A DNA stretch of 64,000 nucleotides. Source: the human T2T-CHM13v2.0 reference genome, Homo sapiens. Below the pieces are notes generated by a model that worked only from the letters and a program-made list of their open reading frames with translations, did not search any database and was not told the DNA's origin. Below are positions 13,810-27,900 of the stretch, one piece after another. Where the stretch lies: assembly GCF_009914755.1 (NCBI RefSeq), contig NC_060928.1. One strand, given 5' to 3'. Position 1 is the stretch's first letter, and each line of letters opens with the position of its first letter. Both the position numbers and the translations under genes were made by a program.

Positions 13810-15220
13810 TTTGCTTTTAATTAAGGCACATTTATTTATAGCAAAATTCAAAGATGTGAAGTTCTTATTCAATGAGTTTTGATAAGTGTTTACCCATATA
13901 CTGACCATCCTAATCACTATATAAAATATTTTCATCACCCAGAATTTAATCGTAACTTCTTATCTTTCCCATCTTGTATATGGCTACAACTGTTCTGATT
14001 TCTATTATTAGAGATTAATATTGCACATTCTTACATTATTTTTTCTCTTATTGAATTTCAAATAAATGGTATACCACACACTGTGTACAATTTTCTAAAG
14101 CTTCTTAAGTCAACATAATGTTTTTGAGCTTCATACCGTGGTTATATGTATCAATATTTTATTTTTTGTTTATTACTGAACAGAATCTCATTGTACTTAG
14201 TATGAAATTATTTACCTATCAGCTCTCCATTTGATGGCCTTTAGGGTTGGTGTGAGTTTTTGGTGGTTAGAATAAACTGTAGAAACATTTTTGTACAGAC
14301 ATTTTATGGACACATACTTTTATTTCTCTTGAGTAAATACCTAGCAGTGTACTTCATGTATTATACAGTAAATCTGTGTTTACCTTTTAAAAGTGAGACT
14401 AACACTACTTCAAAGTAGTTGACTGATTATACTTATCTGTTAGCAGGGTATGAGGGTTTGAGTTCACACACATTTTGGTCAACATTTTGTGCTGTCAGGT
14501 TTGTTGTTGTTTTGTTTGTTGTTTAAATTTAACCATTCTGGAAAATATAAAATGAGACGTCTTTGTGATTAAAATTAACATATTTATGATGACCTATGAT
14601 GCTAAGAATGTTTTCATGTACTTATTGGCTTTTATACACTTTTGTGAAATGTCTAAGTCTTTTAGCCATTTTTTCTTTTATTGTAATTATGTAAGTGTTC
14701 TTTATGTATTCTGGACAAAAGACTTTTGACAGATGTACATGGTGCGAATACTTTCCCAAACTATAGCTCGCCTGTTAATTTTTGTAGCGGAATATTTTGA
14801 AAGGTGCTTTTAGTCTGGTTCTGTTATGTTTACCTTTTTTTTCTTTTATATTTAGTGACTTTTGTGTTTTCCATAAAAAAATTGTTAACTACTAAGAGTT
14901 TGCAAAGATGTTTCATTATACTTTCTTCTAGATGCTTTATAGCTTTGATTTTATATTTAATTCTATGGTCATTTCAAATCTACATTTATGAGTCTCTAAT
15001 ACAGGACTTGACATTTATTTTTTGATATATTTATGCAGTTATATCAGGTTTATTTGATAAAAAGTCATTTTGCTGTTGAGCTACCTTGATATTTCTGTTA
15101 GAGATAAATGCGATGTATATGTGCCTGCCTATTCCTGACATTCCTTTGTCTTTTTTTTCATTAATATCTTTTCTTCTAGGTGAAAACCTCATTGCCTTAA
15201 CTAAGGTAGCTTTATAGTAA
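13810..15220 (-). mobile_element. Old L1 (L1MD/L1ME-like) 3' fragment
   Basis: 'attcaatgagttttgataagtg', 'caacataatgtttttgag', 'atttctcttgagtaaatacctagcagtg', 'ttctagatgctttatagcttt' and 'gtagctttatagtaa'. Confidence 0.75.
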
Positions 15221-15951
15221 ATTTTTACGTATTTTTCTTTGGTTTAGGATATTGTAAATATCAATGGAATATTTATCATTTAAGTGTAGAAAGAATTTAG
15301 CTATTACAGTGTATTCCCCCTGTATAATTTAATACACTTCTCTTGTATTGATTGATTCAAAATCTACTTTTTGTTTAAATTTCCATATTATATTTTACTA
15401 GAATCTAATCTATATCTTCTCCGATTTGAAATTCGTGAGATTCTTTTACATGTCCCATTCCTCTACTTAATTTTATTCCATAGCTTCAGTTATGGCTATT
15501 TTCCATTCTTAATTATAGATAGGCAAGCAGATATATAATAGATAGATTTATAAATATAAATATATCTGTTTTTCTCTTTTTATCTCTTTACCTTAAGTAG
15601 TTGTAAGATTGGATTGGGAGAATAATGATTTTATATTTATTTATTAATACTCCTCTTTTTTATTATTTCATTCAGTTCAACTTAAATTTTTATCAATATG
15701 CCTCATTCTTTTTATGTCATTATTTTTCTGGTTTTTATAACAATATTCAGTTCGTCTGTTTTCTGTTAATCTTAACTACAAGTAGACTAGCAATGTTTTT
15801 CTAAATGCAGGTTTTCTGTGTCTCTTAGATGTGTTATATGTTTTTCACTCTTTGTTTCCCTCTCCATGGCATATAGAATGTCAATTTTGATATTCTCTTT
15901 AAGACAAGAGTTACTTTTCTTTTATTTGCTATTCTTTTAAAAAAGTTTTCA

Positions 15952-16243
<292 letters not shown>

Positions 16244-16964
16244 TAGTTTTCAGAGCCATTTTTATTGTTTATGTAAAACTTACTGGCTTATGATAAGCAT
16301 ATGCAATATGCTAATTATTTACTTTTTGTACTTATTTTGGGGTGACAATATATTGTGATTTTTGTAAATGCTGCAATGTTGCACATGTAAAATATGTTTC
16401 TTTATTAAGTGTAGATAGTATAGGAGGTAGCATTAAATTAAAAGTGTTTATAACCTTATTCCAATCCTGTGTTCCCTCACTTATTATTTGACCATTATAA
16501 AGATTAAATTCATCACAAGGGTATTCTGTTCTCAAGACTGATGACAAATGATTTATATTCACATTTTTAAATGTGACCTGTCAAAGAATCACCAAATTAC
16601 AATTATAAAATTTAACTGTATAAATTTTATTAATGTCTCAAATAATAAATTATAAATAATGAAGAGATACCTAAACATTCAATAAACTCTACTTGTTAGC
16701 AAATATCCATAGAAATATTAAAATACTCAAAACAAAGTACCTGTCAGATAAATTTTGACAAAATTGAGGCTAAAATTTATACTACACAAAATCTTACACT
16801 TCTAGAGATGGCCAAATCGTTCTTGATGATGTTACAACATCAGGGACATATTAGGACTCGTTAAGCAGCTAGAGTGATGATTATCTTCTAGTTAAATGGT
16901 ATAATATTTTGTAGGCTTCGTATTATTTTGATGGCAGGTATTTCAGGAACCCATTATTTGGTAT

Positions 16965-17015
16965 GACTTATTCAGGTGTAATTTACATAGAGCAAAATTT
17001 CTGGACAGTTGTATG
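16965..17015 (-). mobile_element. L1ME-type 3' end, left half of an element split by the L1MA insertion
   Basis: 'actttattcaggtgtaatttacatagagcaaaatt...acagttgtatga' continues as 'gagttttgactaacatac...aagacatagaacaattccagcactcc' at about 23506-23610. Confidence 0.55.
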
Positions 17016-18939
17016 AACTTTTAAAAGTAATTGATATATAATAGTTGTACATATACATAGGATACATGTGATATTTTCATACATGTATACAATGTATAAT
17101 GATCAACTCAGGATACCTGGAATATCTCTCAGCGGAATATTTAATATTTCTGTGTTGAAAACATTCAAAATATTCTTTTCTAGCTATTTTGAAATACACA
17201 ATAAACTAGTATTAACTATAGTCATCCTACTGTGGTATAGACCCCTCGAACTTACTCCTCCTATCTAATTTTGTACTCAATAACCAACCTCCACCAATAC
17301 TCTCCTTCCTTCTACCCCCCTATATGTTAGTAACAATTATTCTACTTATTCTATGCAATCTACTTTTTAAACTCTCACAAATGGGTGAGGACATGTATTT
17401 GTCTTTCTGTGCTTGGCATATTTCACTCACCATTAGGTCCTCTAGGCTCATCCATGTTGCTTCAAGTAATATAATTTCACTTGTGGTTTCAAAGGTTGAA
17501 TAATATTCTATTGTGTATCTATACTGCATTTTCTTTAGCCATTCGTCTACTGATGAACACTTAAGTTGATTCCTTATCTTGGTTGTTGTGAAGTGCTTCA
17601 ATTAACATGAGAGTACAGAGATTTTTTTGACATAACTTTTTCTCTAAGTTCGGATATATATTCAGTAATGAGATTGCTGCATCATATGGTAGTTCTATAT
17701 TTAGTGTTTTGAGGAAACTCCACACTGTTTTCCATACTGGCTATACTAATTTGCATTTCCAACAGTATATAACAGTGCATAAGAGTTCCCCTTTCTCCAC
17801 ATCCTTGTCAGCATTTGTTATGTTTTGCCTTTTCGATAATAGCCATTTTAACTGGGATGAGATAATATTGTTGTTTTAGTTTGCATTTCCTTCATAATTA
17901 GTGATATTGAGCATTTTATGTACCTGTTGGCCATTTGCATATCTTATTTTGATAAATGTGTATTCAAGTACTTTAGCCATTTTTAATTTAGTTTTTGAGT
18001 TCCTTACATATTTTGGAAATTAACCACTTACCAGATGTATGGTTTGCAAATATTTTCTCCCATTCTGCAGGTTGTCTCTCGACTTGGTTAACTGTTTCTT
18101 TTGCCATGCAGGACCTTTTTGGTTTAATATAATCCCATTTAGCTAATTTTACTTGTGTTGCTTGTGCTTTTGAGGTCTTGCCCAAAAAATCTTTGCCAAG
18201 ACAAATGTCCTGAATCATTTTTCCTATGTTTGCTCCTAGTTGTTTCATAGCTTTTGGTGTTACATTCTAGTCTTTAATAATTTTTTAGCCGATATTTTAT
18301 ATGGTTAAAGTTTGGGGTCTAGTTTCATACTTCTGCACATGGATATATAATTTCTCTGGTCCCATTTATTGAAAAGGCTATTTTTCTCAAATATATATTC
18401 CTGGCATTTCTGTCAAAAATGGGTGGCTGCTAATATGTGAATTCATTTCTGGGTTCTGTGTTTTGTTCCATTGGTCAATGTTTCTGTTTTTAATAATATC
18501 ATGCTGTTTTTTTTACTGTACCTTTGGAGTACATCTTGAGGTTAGGTAGTGTAATGCCTCCAGCTTTGTTCTTTTTGCTCAGGATTGCTTTGGACATTTG
18601 GGAATTTTTTGGTGGTTCCATACAAATTTTAGGATTGGTTTTCCTATCTCTGTTATGAATGTCATTGGTATTTTGATACTTTTTAAATTGAATCTGTATA
18701 TCCCTTTGAGAAGTATAAACATTTTAACAATATAAATTATTCTAATTCATAAACATGGGGTATCTTTACTTTTTTGGGTCCTCTTCAACTTCTTTCATCA
18801 GTGTTTTACGGTTTTCATTGCAAAAAACTTTCACTTCTTCAGAAAAATTTATTTTTAAGTATTTAATTGTTTGTAGCTGTTGTAAATGGGATTGCTTTCT
18901 GATTTTTTTTATTTTCAGATTGTTAACTACGGGCATGTA

Positions 18940-18984
18940 TTACATTGGTGCAAAAGTAATTGTAGTTGTTGTCATTACTTTTAA
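18940..18984 (+). mobile_element. Half MADE1 / solo Hsmar1 mariner TIR
   Basis: ttacattggtgcaaaagtaattgtagttgttgtcattacttttaa matches the first half of MADE1. It has TA on both sides within the L1 sequence gcatgTA|TAgaaatgct. Confidence 0.85.
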
Positions 18985-20974
18985 TAGAAATGCTGCTAAG
19001 TTATGTATGTTGACTTTGTATTCTGCAACCTTAATGAATTCATTCGTTAGTCCTGACTTTTTTTTTTGTGGGGTCTTTAGCTTTTTCTAAATATAGAATC
19101 ATGTCCTCTGTAGACAGGGACAATTTAACTTCTTTTTTGTCAATTTGAATACTCTCTTTCCTTTGCCTAATTTCTCTGGTGAGGACTTTAAATACTATGC
19201 TGAATAAATGTGGTAAAAACGGACATTCTTTTCCTGTTCCAGACTTTAAAAAAAGGATTTCAGGATGTCAACTTCAACATTTTTCCATTCAGTGTAATGT
19301 TAGCTGTGAGTCCTTCATATAAGGTATCGAGATGTGTTGCCTCTATACAAAATTTGTTGACAGTTTTTATCATGAAGAAATGACAAATTTTCTCAAATGA
19401 TTTCTCTGTCTCTATTGAGATATCATGTGATTTTTGGCCTTTAATTTGTTGATGTGATGAATTACATTTATTGATTGTCATATGTTGAATTACTCTTGCA
19501 TTCTTGGGATAAATCCCACTTGATCATGGTGTACAATCTTTTTAATGAGCTGATGGATTCAGTTTGCTGGCATTGTGTTGAGGATTTTTACACCTGTGTT
19601 CATCAGAGATATTGTCTTATAGTTTTTGTTGTGTTCTTGTCTAATTAGGGTATCAGGTAATGCCAGTCCCATAGAATAAGCTTGAAGGAATTCCCTCCCC
19701 TTCAGTTTTTTTGGAATAAATTGAGAAGAATTGGTACTAAGTAGTTCTTTAAATGTTTGGTAGAATTCAGTAGTAAAGTCATATGGTCCTGGGCTTTTCT
19801 TTGTTGGGAGATATTTTTATTCCTGATTCAATCTCATTACTCATTATCAGTCTTTACAGGTTTTCGGTTTTATGATTCAATCTTGATAGGTTGCATGCGT
19901 CCAGAAATTTATCAGTTTCTTCAAGGTTTTCCAACAGGTTGGCATATAGCTCTCCGTAATAATCTCTAATGATTCTTTGTATTTTTTTAGTATCAGTTGT
20001 AATGCCTCCTGCTTGCCTGTGATTTTATTTATTGAGTCTTCTCTTTTTTTCATAGTATAGCTAAAGCTTTGTTGATTTTACCTTAAAAAAACACAACTTT
20101 TATTGACAATTTCTAGTGTTTTAGTCCCAATTTAATTTATTTATGATCTGATCTTTAGTTTTTCTTTTCTTATAATATTTTTGCATTTGAATTGTTCTTG
20201 CTTTTCTAGTGTCTTGAGGTGTATTTTTTTTCAATTTCAGGTTTCTGCTGAAAAGTTCACTAATATCCCTATGAGGGTTTCCTTACCCTTGACAATTTGT
20301 TTTTCCTTTCTGATTTCAACTCTCTCTCTTTTTGTCTTTCACTTTTGGCAACTTGACTATGATATGTTGTGTTGTGAGTCTCTTTGGGTTCATTGTCTTT
20401 GGTGTTCTGTGGGCTTTCCACATCTAGCTTTGTAATTTCTTTCCCAAACTTGGAAAGCTTCCTGCCAGTCTCTCTTCGGACATATTTTCTGTTTCTTTTT
20501 CTTTTCCCCCTGGAACATAAAATATGTGTAACTTATTCTGCTTGATAGTGTCGCGTAAGTCTCTTAAGCTACCTTTATTCTTTTTTTAAATTCTTTTCCT
20601 TTTAGTTCATAAGATTAGATGATTTCCAGTAATCTATTTTCAGGTTCACTGATCTTTTCTTCTTCTTAATCTAAGGTGTTGTTAAACTCCTCTGTTGGAT
20701 TTTACAGTTTGGCTATAGCCTTCTTCAGACCTATGAGGTCTTTTGTCATTTTTAAATGCTTTATCTTTGCTGTAATTCTCAGCTTGTTCTTGCAATGTTT
20801 CGCATCTTTACAATGATAATTTTGCATTATCTACAGAGTCAATTAAAAAATTCTAATTTATTCAGGTGGATTTCTGGAGATTTACCTTGATCTTTTGATT
20901 GAAATATATTCTCCTTTTTCAATAATTTTATTGATTCCCTGTTGTTTTCTGTGCATTAAAGACATTTATACCTC

Positions 20975-21346
20975 TGTATTAGTCAGTCTTCATACTGCTG
21001 AAAAAGACATACCTGAGGCTGGGTAATTTACAGAGAAAAAGAGGTTTAATGGACTCATAGCTGCATATAGCTGGGGAGGCCTCACAATCACGGTAGAAGG
21101 CCAGGAGGAGCAAATCACATCTTACGTGGATGGCGGCAGTAAAAGACAGAGAGCATGTGCAGGGGAATTCCTCTTCATAAAACCATCAGATCTTGTGAGA
21201 CTTCTTCACTATCACAAGAACAGCATGGGAAAGACCCACCCCCATGATTTAATTACCTCTCCCTGGGTCCCTCCCACAACACATGATGATTGTTGGAGCT
21301 ACAGTTCAGAATGAGATTTGGGTGGGGACACAGCCAAACCATATCA
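20975..21346 (-). mobile_element. THE1B MaLR solo LTR
   Basis: Runs tgtattagtc...cagccaaaccatatca with the THE1B-type 'ggaggagcaaatcacatcttacgtggatggcggcag'. TSD acctc/acatc. Confidence 0.95.
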
Positions 21347-22309
21347 ACATCTGTCTTGTTATTCTGGACTGTGTAAAAGAAGGTTTTTACCAATCTGTCT
21401 CCCAAAATTTTTAAGGTGTCTCTCTAATTGTTGTGACTGTTATCTCTGATTTTAGTGCCCCCTTGCAGCTTAGAATATAACACATCTTGTCACTACCCTG
21501 ATATAATATGCTAGGAGCTAGGCTCTTTAGATGTAGCTAGAAAGGTTGGAGTGTTGAATGCTAATTCCAATTCTTTCTATCTTCACAGTGAGGCTAGGTA
21601 CAGGTGTTCATCTTCAATTTTCTCTAGACAAAGTCAGAGAGTGGATCTGTAGCAAACGCCTATACTCACTTTCAGACTGCACTTTCTAATTCAGGAAGGG
21701 TAGCTACTGAGAGTAGGCCCATTATATATCCACCTGCTTGTTTTCTGTGGTCTCAGTTCACATAGAATTGCAAAGGCCAGTTTAGTTGTAGAGCTATGTC
21801 ATTAAGGTTATAGCTCCTTAGGTGGAAGCTATGAAAGTTATGGTGCTCACCACATGGCAAAACTTATTCTAGAAAGACTAGATAAGCCTGGATTTATCAC
21901 TGGGATGAGCCAGTGGGAGGTTCTGTGAAGTGCCAATATTTAGCTCAGACTACTGAAGGGCTATTGTTTTTGTTCCCCCTTTAACTCCCTGATGCACTTT
22001 CATTAGAGACCAGGCCATCAAGTATCCACAGACAGTGTGTATTATAAGCCACTTCCACAGAGAAATTGAGAGCTCCACAGAGAAATTGAGAGCTGCATAA
22101 TCCTACTTCTTTTCTGTACAGTTCCAAGGGAGTGTAACTCCTGGAAGTATTTAGATAATGGTTTAAAACATTTTCTTTTGTTCTAGAATCAAGGGAGACA
22201 CATGCATGCCAGTCCCTCTTCCTTCCAGAGCTAAGAGATTTATAATGCAGTCTCTTATGTGGATGGTATAGAAGGTGGGGCTCTAGATGTGAGTAAAATT
22301 TCTCTCTAA

Positions 22310-22707
<398 letters not shown>

Positions 22708-24056
22708 TGGGCCGTGTTTTTAAGGCCCCTTCTCACATCACTCCCAAGGGAATAGAGAGTCCCTTAAAGAGTCTCCATAACTGTAAAAGCCACTGGTTTT
22801 ATTCCTACGGTGTAGAGAGACATGCATTTACCAATCATTCATGCTTCCAGAGCTAGGAGATTTGTGGTGGCAGTCCCTTAGGTGTTGCAAGAATCGGATC
22901 ACTTGCTGGGGTTGCAAACTCCTTTCAGATGGCTAGTGGGTTAATAATTGACTGTTTCCTTCACTCTACAGTCCTAGTTAGATGCCAAGACACCTGACAG
23001 CTGCTGGAGGGTGTTTTGTATACTTCTTCCAGGGGGAAACAGAGGGCTATGTTTTTTAAAGATCCCTTTCTTCACTGCTTCCAAGCTGATGCAGTCCCTG
23101 TAACTACTTTTATACCTATATAAAACTCCTGCTTTATTCCCTGTGGTCTGGAGGACACATGTATCTAATTCCTTCCACTTCCACAAATTAAGTCAAACCA
23201 GGGGAAAACTTGGGATAAGGGCCCCATATGTGATGTCCACATCCTTCTTTCCAGAGAGAAAAACTGGGTGTTGGAGATTCCTTGCCCAATTGTACGATGA
23301 AGTTCCCAGGGTGGGGTCCATGCCTTAGTACACCTTGGCTTCTCTTACCCATTTCATGTGGGTATTTTTTCAGTTGCCTATTGGATAGAAGTCTCCTGTC
23401 TGGTCTCTGACTTTTTCTCAGAAGAAATTGATTTATAAATAGATATTTATTTGGTGCATCTGTGGGTGGGAAAAAAAGTGAGACGCTAGCTATTCTGCCA
23501 GCTGTAGGAGTTTTGACTAACATACATTTGCATAACTATGACCACAAACAAGACATAGAACAATTCCAGCACTCCTAAAATTGTCTTGTGTTCTTTTGTA
23601 GTAAAAACTTTCAATAATAGTTTTCCCCCCTTCAATAGCTAGTAAACTGTATGAAAGCAAGTCTGCTTTACTTCAATAAAATGAATGCTTTGGCCAGGCT
23701 TTCTTAGAAAATGTTGTATATCTGCAGCCAATTCACATTTTATAAGGACCTCTCAGTCTCTCACATGGAGTTTTCCTTGCTGAAGTCCTTGAGTCTTCTC
23801 CAGTTAGGTAAGATAGACATCTGAGCTAAGTTCACAACTTTTCTTAAGAGAAAAACTTACCCCTGATTCAATAGAAATGTTTGCACACATACATAAGAAA
23901 AAGCATGTACCTGTAGACAAAATCATCATTAACTATATTGCCCTATTAAAGTTAAAATTCTTTGTTACAATTGCCTACATCCAAAAACCATCAGTCTATA
24001 TTACAGTGGTTAAAAAATCTAATAACACTAGTATAAAGGCAGCTGAATGGAATTGA

Positions 24057-24500
<444 letters not shown>

Positions 24501-24944
24501 CTACTTTTCTATTTACACAGGCTCAGGATATAATGCATAAAATTTTAAGAAATTAATTTGTAGCTAACAAATAGTAATTATTTTATTTGCCCAACAAATA
24601 GTTTAGCTGGAAAATAGAGAATAAACTGCATAAGAAAAATTGAAATATCACTTGTATTATTTGTAAAGATTAGAATAAAAATGGAGTAGGTATCATAAAA
24701 AAATATGAACTTCATAATCCTCCCCTCCACAAAGAAAACTAGGATTAACTCATCTGAAAGAATGAGTCTGCTAAATCAGAAACATTTACTCAGATTTCTG
24801 TCTCTCTGAGTGGAGAGGAATAGAGACAATATCAAATACTTCATGATTATGATCAGAGATAGAATCTCTCAATCAAGAAGTGCAGTGCACTGTTAGTTGA
24901 CCCATTCCACCTCAACCAGGTAAAATCTTGCATCTTTATATTGG

Positions 24945-27900
24945 TACATATACCGTGTATAGCAGTAAATATAACAAGCTTTCCTTTTCTTAAGTTTTCC
25001 GAATTTTGTTTCATAGTTGAAGCAAAAACTATAACCCTGTCTGTTTCGTTCTAGTAATATCTATAGCAACCATAAAAATAGTTATACAAAGAGATACACT
25101 TTAAATATAACCATCTTATATGTATTTTTAAAAACTCTAAAAATGTTGAAGTGATTCTCAGGAAAGCATTAAAAATCAAAACAGATAAACACAGAAATAA
25201 CAGAGAACAAAAAAAAAATGGCCAACACAAACCTTCACATATCTATAATTGTATTAAAATAAATTATCTATATGTTGATTAAAGAAAAATACAGCCAAGC
25301 ATTGCTTAATGACAGGGATGTATTCCAAAAAATGCATAGTTAAGAGGTTTTGTTGTTATGTGAACATCATAGAGTACACTTACACAAACCTAGATGGTAC
25401 AGCCTACTACACACCTAGGCTATATGGTACGGTTTATTGCTCCTCAGCCTCAAAGCTGTACAGAATATTACTGAACTGAATACTGTAGGCAATTACAACA
25501 CAGTGGTGTTTGTATATCTAAATATATCTAAACATAGAAAAGGTACAGTGAAAATACTGCATAAAAAATAAAAAATAGTATACTTGTACAGGGCATGTAC
25601 CATGAATACAGTTTGCAGGTCTTGAAGTTGTTCTGAGTGAGTCAGTGAGTGGTGAGTGAAGGTGAAAGCCTAGGACATTACTGTACACTGCAGACTTTAT
25701 AAACACTATACATTTAGGCTATGCTAAGTTTATAAATGTTTTCATTTAATAATATGTTAATCTCAGGTTATAATAACCTTTTTACTTTATAAACTTTATT
25801 TTTTTAAATTTTGACACAGCATAAAACACAAATACATTGTACAGCTGTACAAAAATATTTTCTTAATTTATATTATCATTCCATAAACTTTTTTCTATTT
25901 TTACAATTTTTAATTGTTTTAAGTTTTTGTTAAAAACAAAGACACAAACACACACTAGCCTAAGGCTACCCAGGGCAGGATCATCAATATCACTGTCTTC
26001 CACCTCCACAACTTGTTCCACTGGAAAGAATTCAGAGGAAATAACATGTATGGAGCTGTTATTTCCTATGATAACAATGCCTTCTTCTGGAATATCTCCT
26101 GAAGGACCTGCCTGAGGCTGCTTTACACTTAGCTTTTTTTATACATAGAGTAAGTACATGCTAAAATAACAATTAAAAGTATAGTATAGTAAATACATAA
26201 GCTAGTAACAATCATTTATTATAATTCTCAAGTATTATGTACTATATGTAATGCTGTATGCTACATTTTGATACAACTGGCAATGTGGAAGGTTAGTTTA
26301 TATCAACATCAACAAAAACATGTGAATAATGCATTGCACTACTATGCTGCAATGTCTATTAGGTGTTAGAAATTTTCCATCCCCCTTTAAATCATATGTG
26401 ACCACTGTCATCTATGCAGTTATGGTTAACTAAAACAGTGTTATGTGGCACAAAATTATATTGTCAAAGTTGATTAACAAATATGACCCAATATATGCTG
26501 TCAACAAATAGCTCACATCAGATATAATGATATATTTAGGTTGAATTTAAAGTGATAAAATATGTGTATTAAACATTGAGGAAGAAAAACAGAAGTGGCT
26601 ATATTAATATCAAAGTAGATTTAGAGCAAATAAAATTACCAGAGACAGAAATGCATATAATATAATAATAAAAAACATAAATTTATGAAATCAACATGGC
26701 AATCCTAAGTAAATAGGCATTAAACAAAACCACTGTAATATATGTGAAGCAAAAACTGATAGAACTGAAAGAATAAATGGATAATAAATATTATAATTGC
26801 AAACTTTAACACCCTTCTCTGAACAATTGATAGAAAAACTAGATAGAAAGTCTGCAAGAATATAGGATGCAACACCACCATCACAAAAAGAGGCTCTAAC
26901 TGATATTTACAAAACACTCATTGACATTTACAAAATATTACAAACAACATGCAAACATATATTCTTTTCAAGTGCTTATGAAACACATACAAGATAGACC
27001 ATATCCTAGGCCATAAAACAAATCATAAAAATGTAAAAAATAAAGAAAAATTATGTAATATGTGTTCTCCAACAACAATGGAAACAAAAATCTTTGTTAT
27101 CATAGATAACAAGAAAAAACCCAAACATAGATACAAACAAACAAACAAACAAAAACCCACACATCTAAGATAACTTTGGGTCAAAGAGAAAGTTTCAGGA
27201 ATATAAAAAAAAATCCATTGAACTAAACAAAAATGAAAATACAACAGATTAAATTTGTAAAACAGCTTTCAAAAGTGTTCACTTAAAAATATGTAGCAAT
27301 AAATTTCCATATTAAAGAAGAATTAAGACAACAATTGAAGCTACCACTTCAAAAGTCTAGCAAAAAGAAAGAAAAATAAACTCAAATAAAGCAAAGGATA
27401 GGAACTAATAAAAAATAATTGTAGAAACTACTGAAATTGAAAAAATATGAGACAATGAAACAAACAGCTATATTTTTGGAAGATTAATAAAATTGAAAAA
27501 CCTCTAGGAAGACTCAGAAAATAAGAAAGACACATTCCCACTATCACAATGAAACAGGATATTACTCCATACCTTGCATACACAACCAGAATGTGGGAAC
27601 ATTACAGACAACTTCTTATTCATAAACTAGACAAAGTAGACAAAATAGAGCCATTCTCTGAACACAGACTACCACAACTTGCCCTAGAAAATGGATACTA
27701 TGAGTAACCTTACCACTTTTACAAATTGAGTCTTTAATTAAAACACTTCAAAAGAGAAATCCCCAGGCCTATATGGTTCCAGTGAAGATTATGAATAAAT
27801 ATTTAAAGAATAATTTATACCAACTCTACACTATCTCTTTGAGAAAACTAATGAAGAGAAAACGTTTTCCACTTTCTTTTATGATACTAGCATTACTTTT

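Noticed and set aside
17988-18248. ORF resembling a reverse-transcriptase polyprotein C-terminal region
   Set aside because: Short open stretch of a dead L1 ORF2 surrounded by stops and frameshifts.
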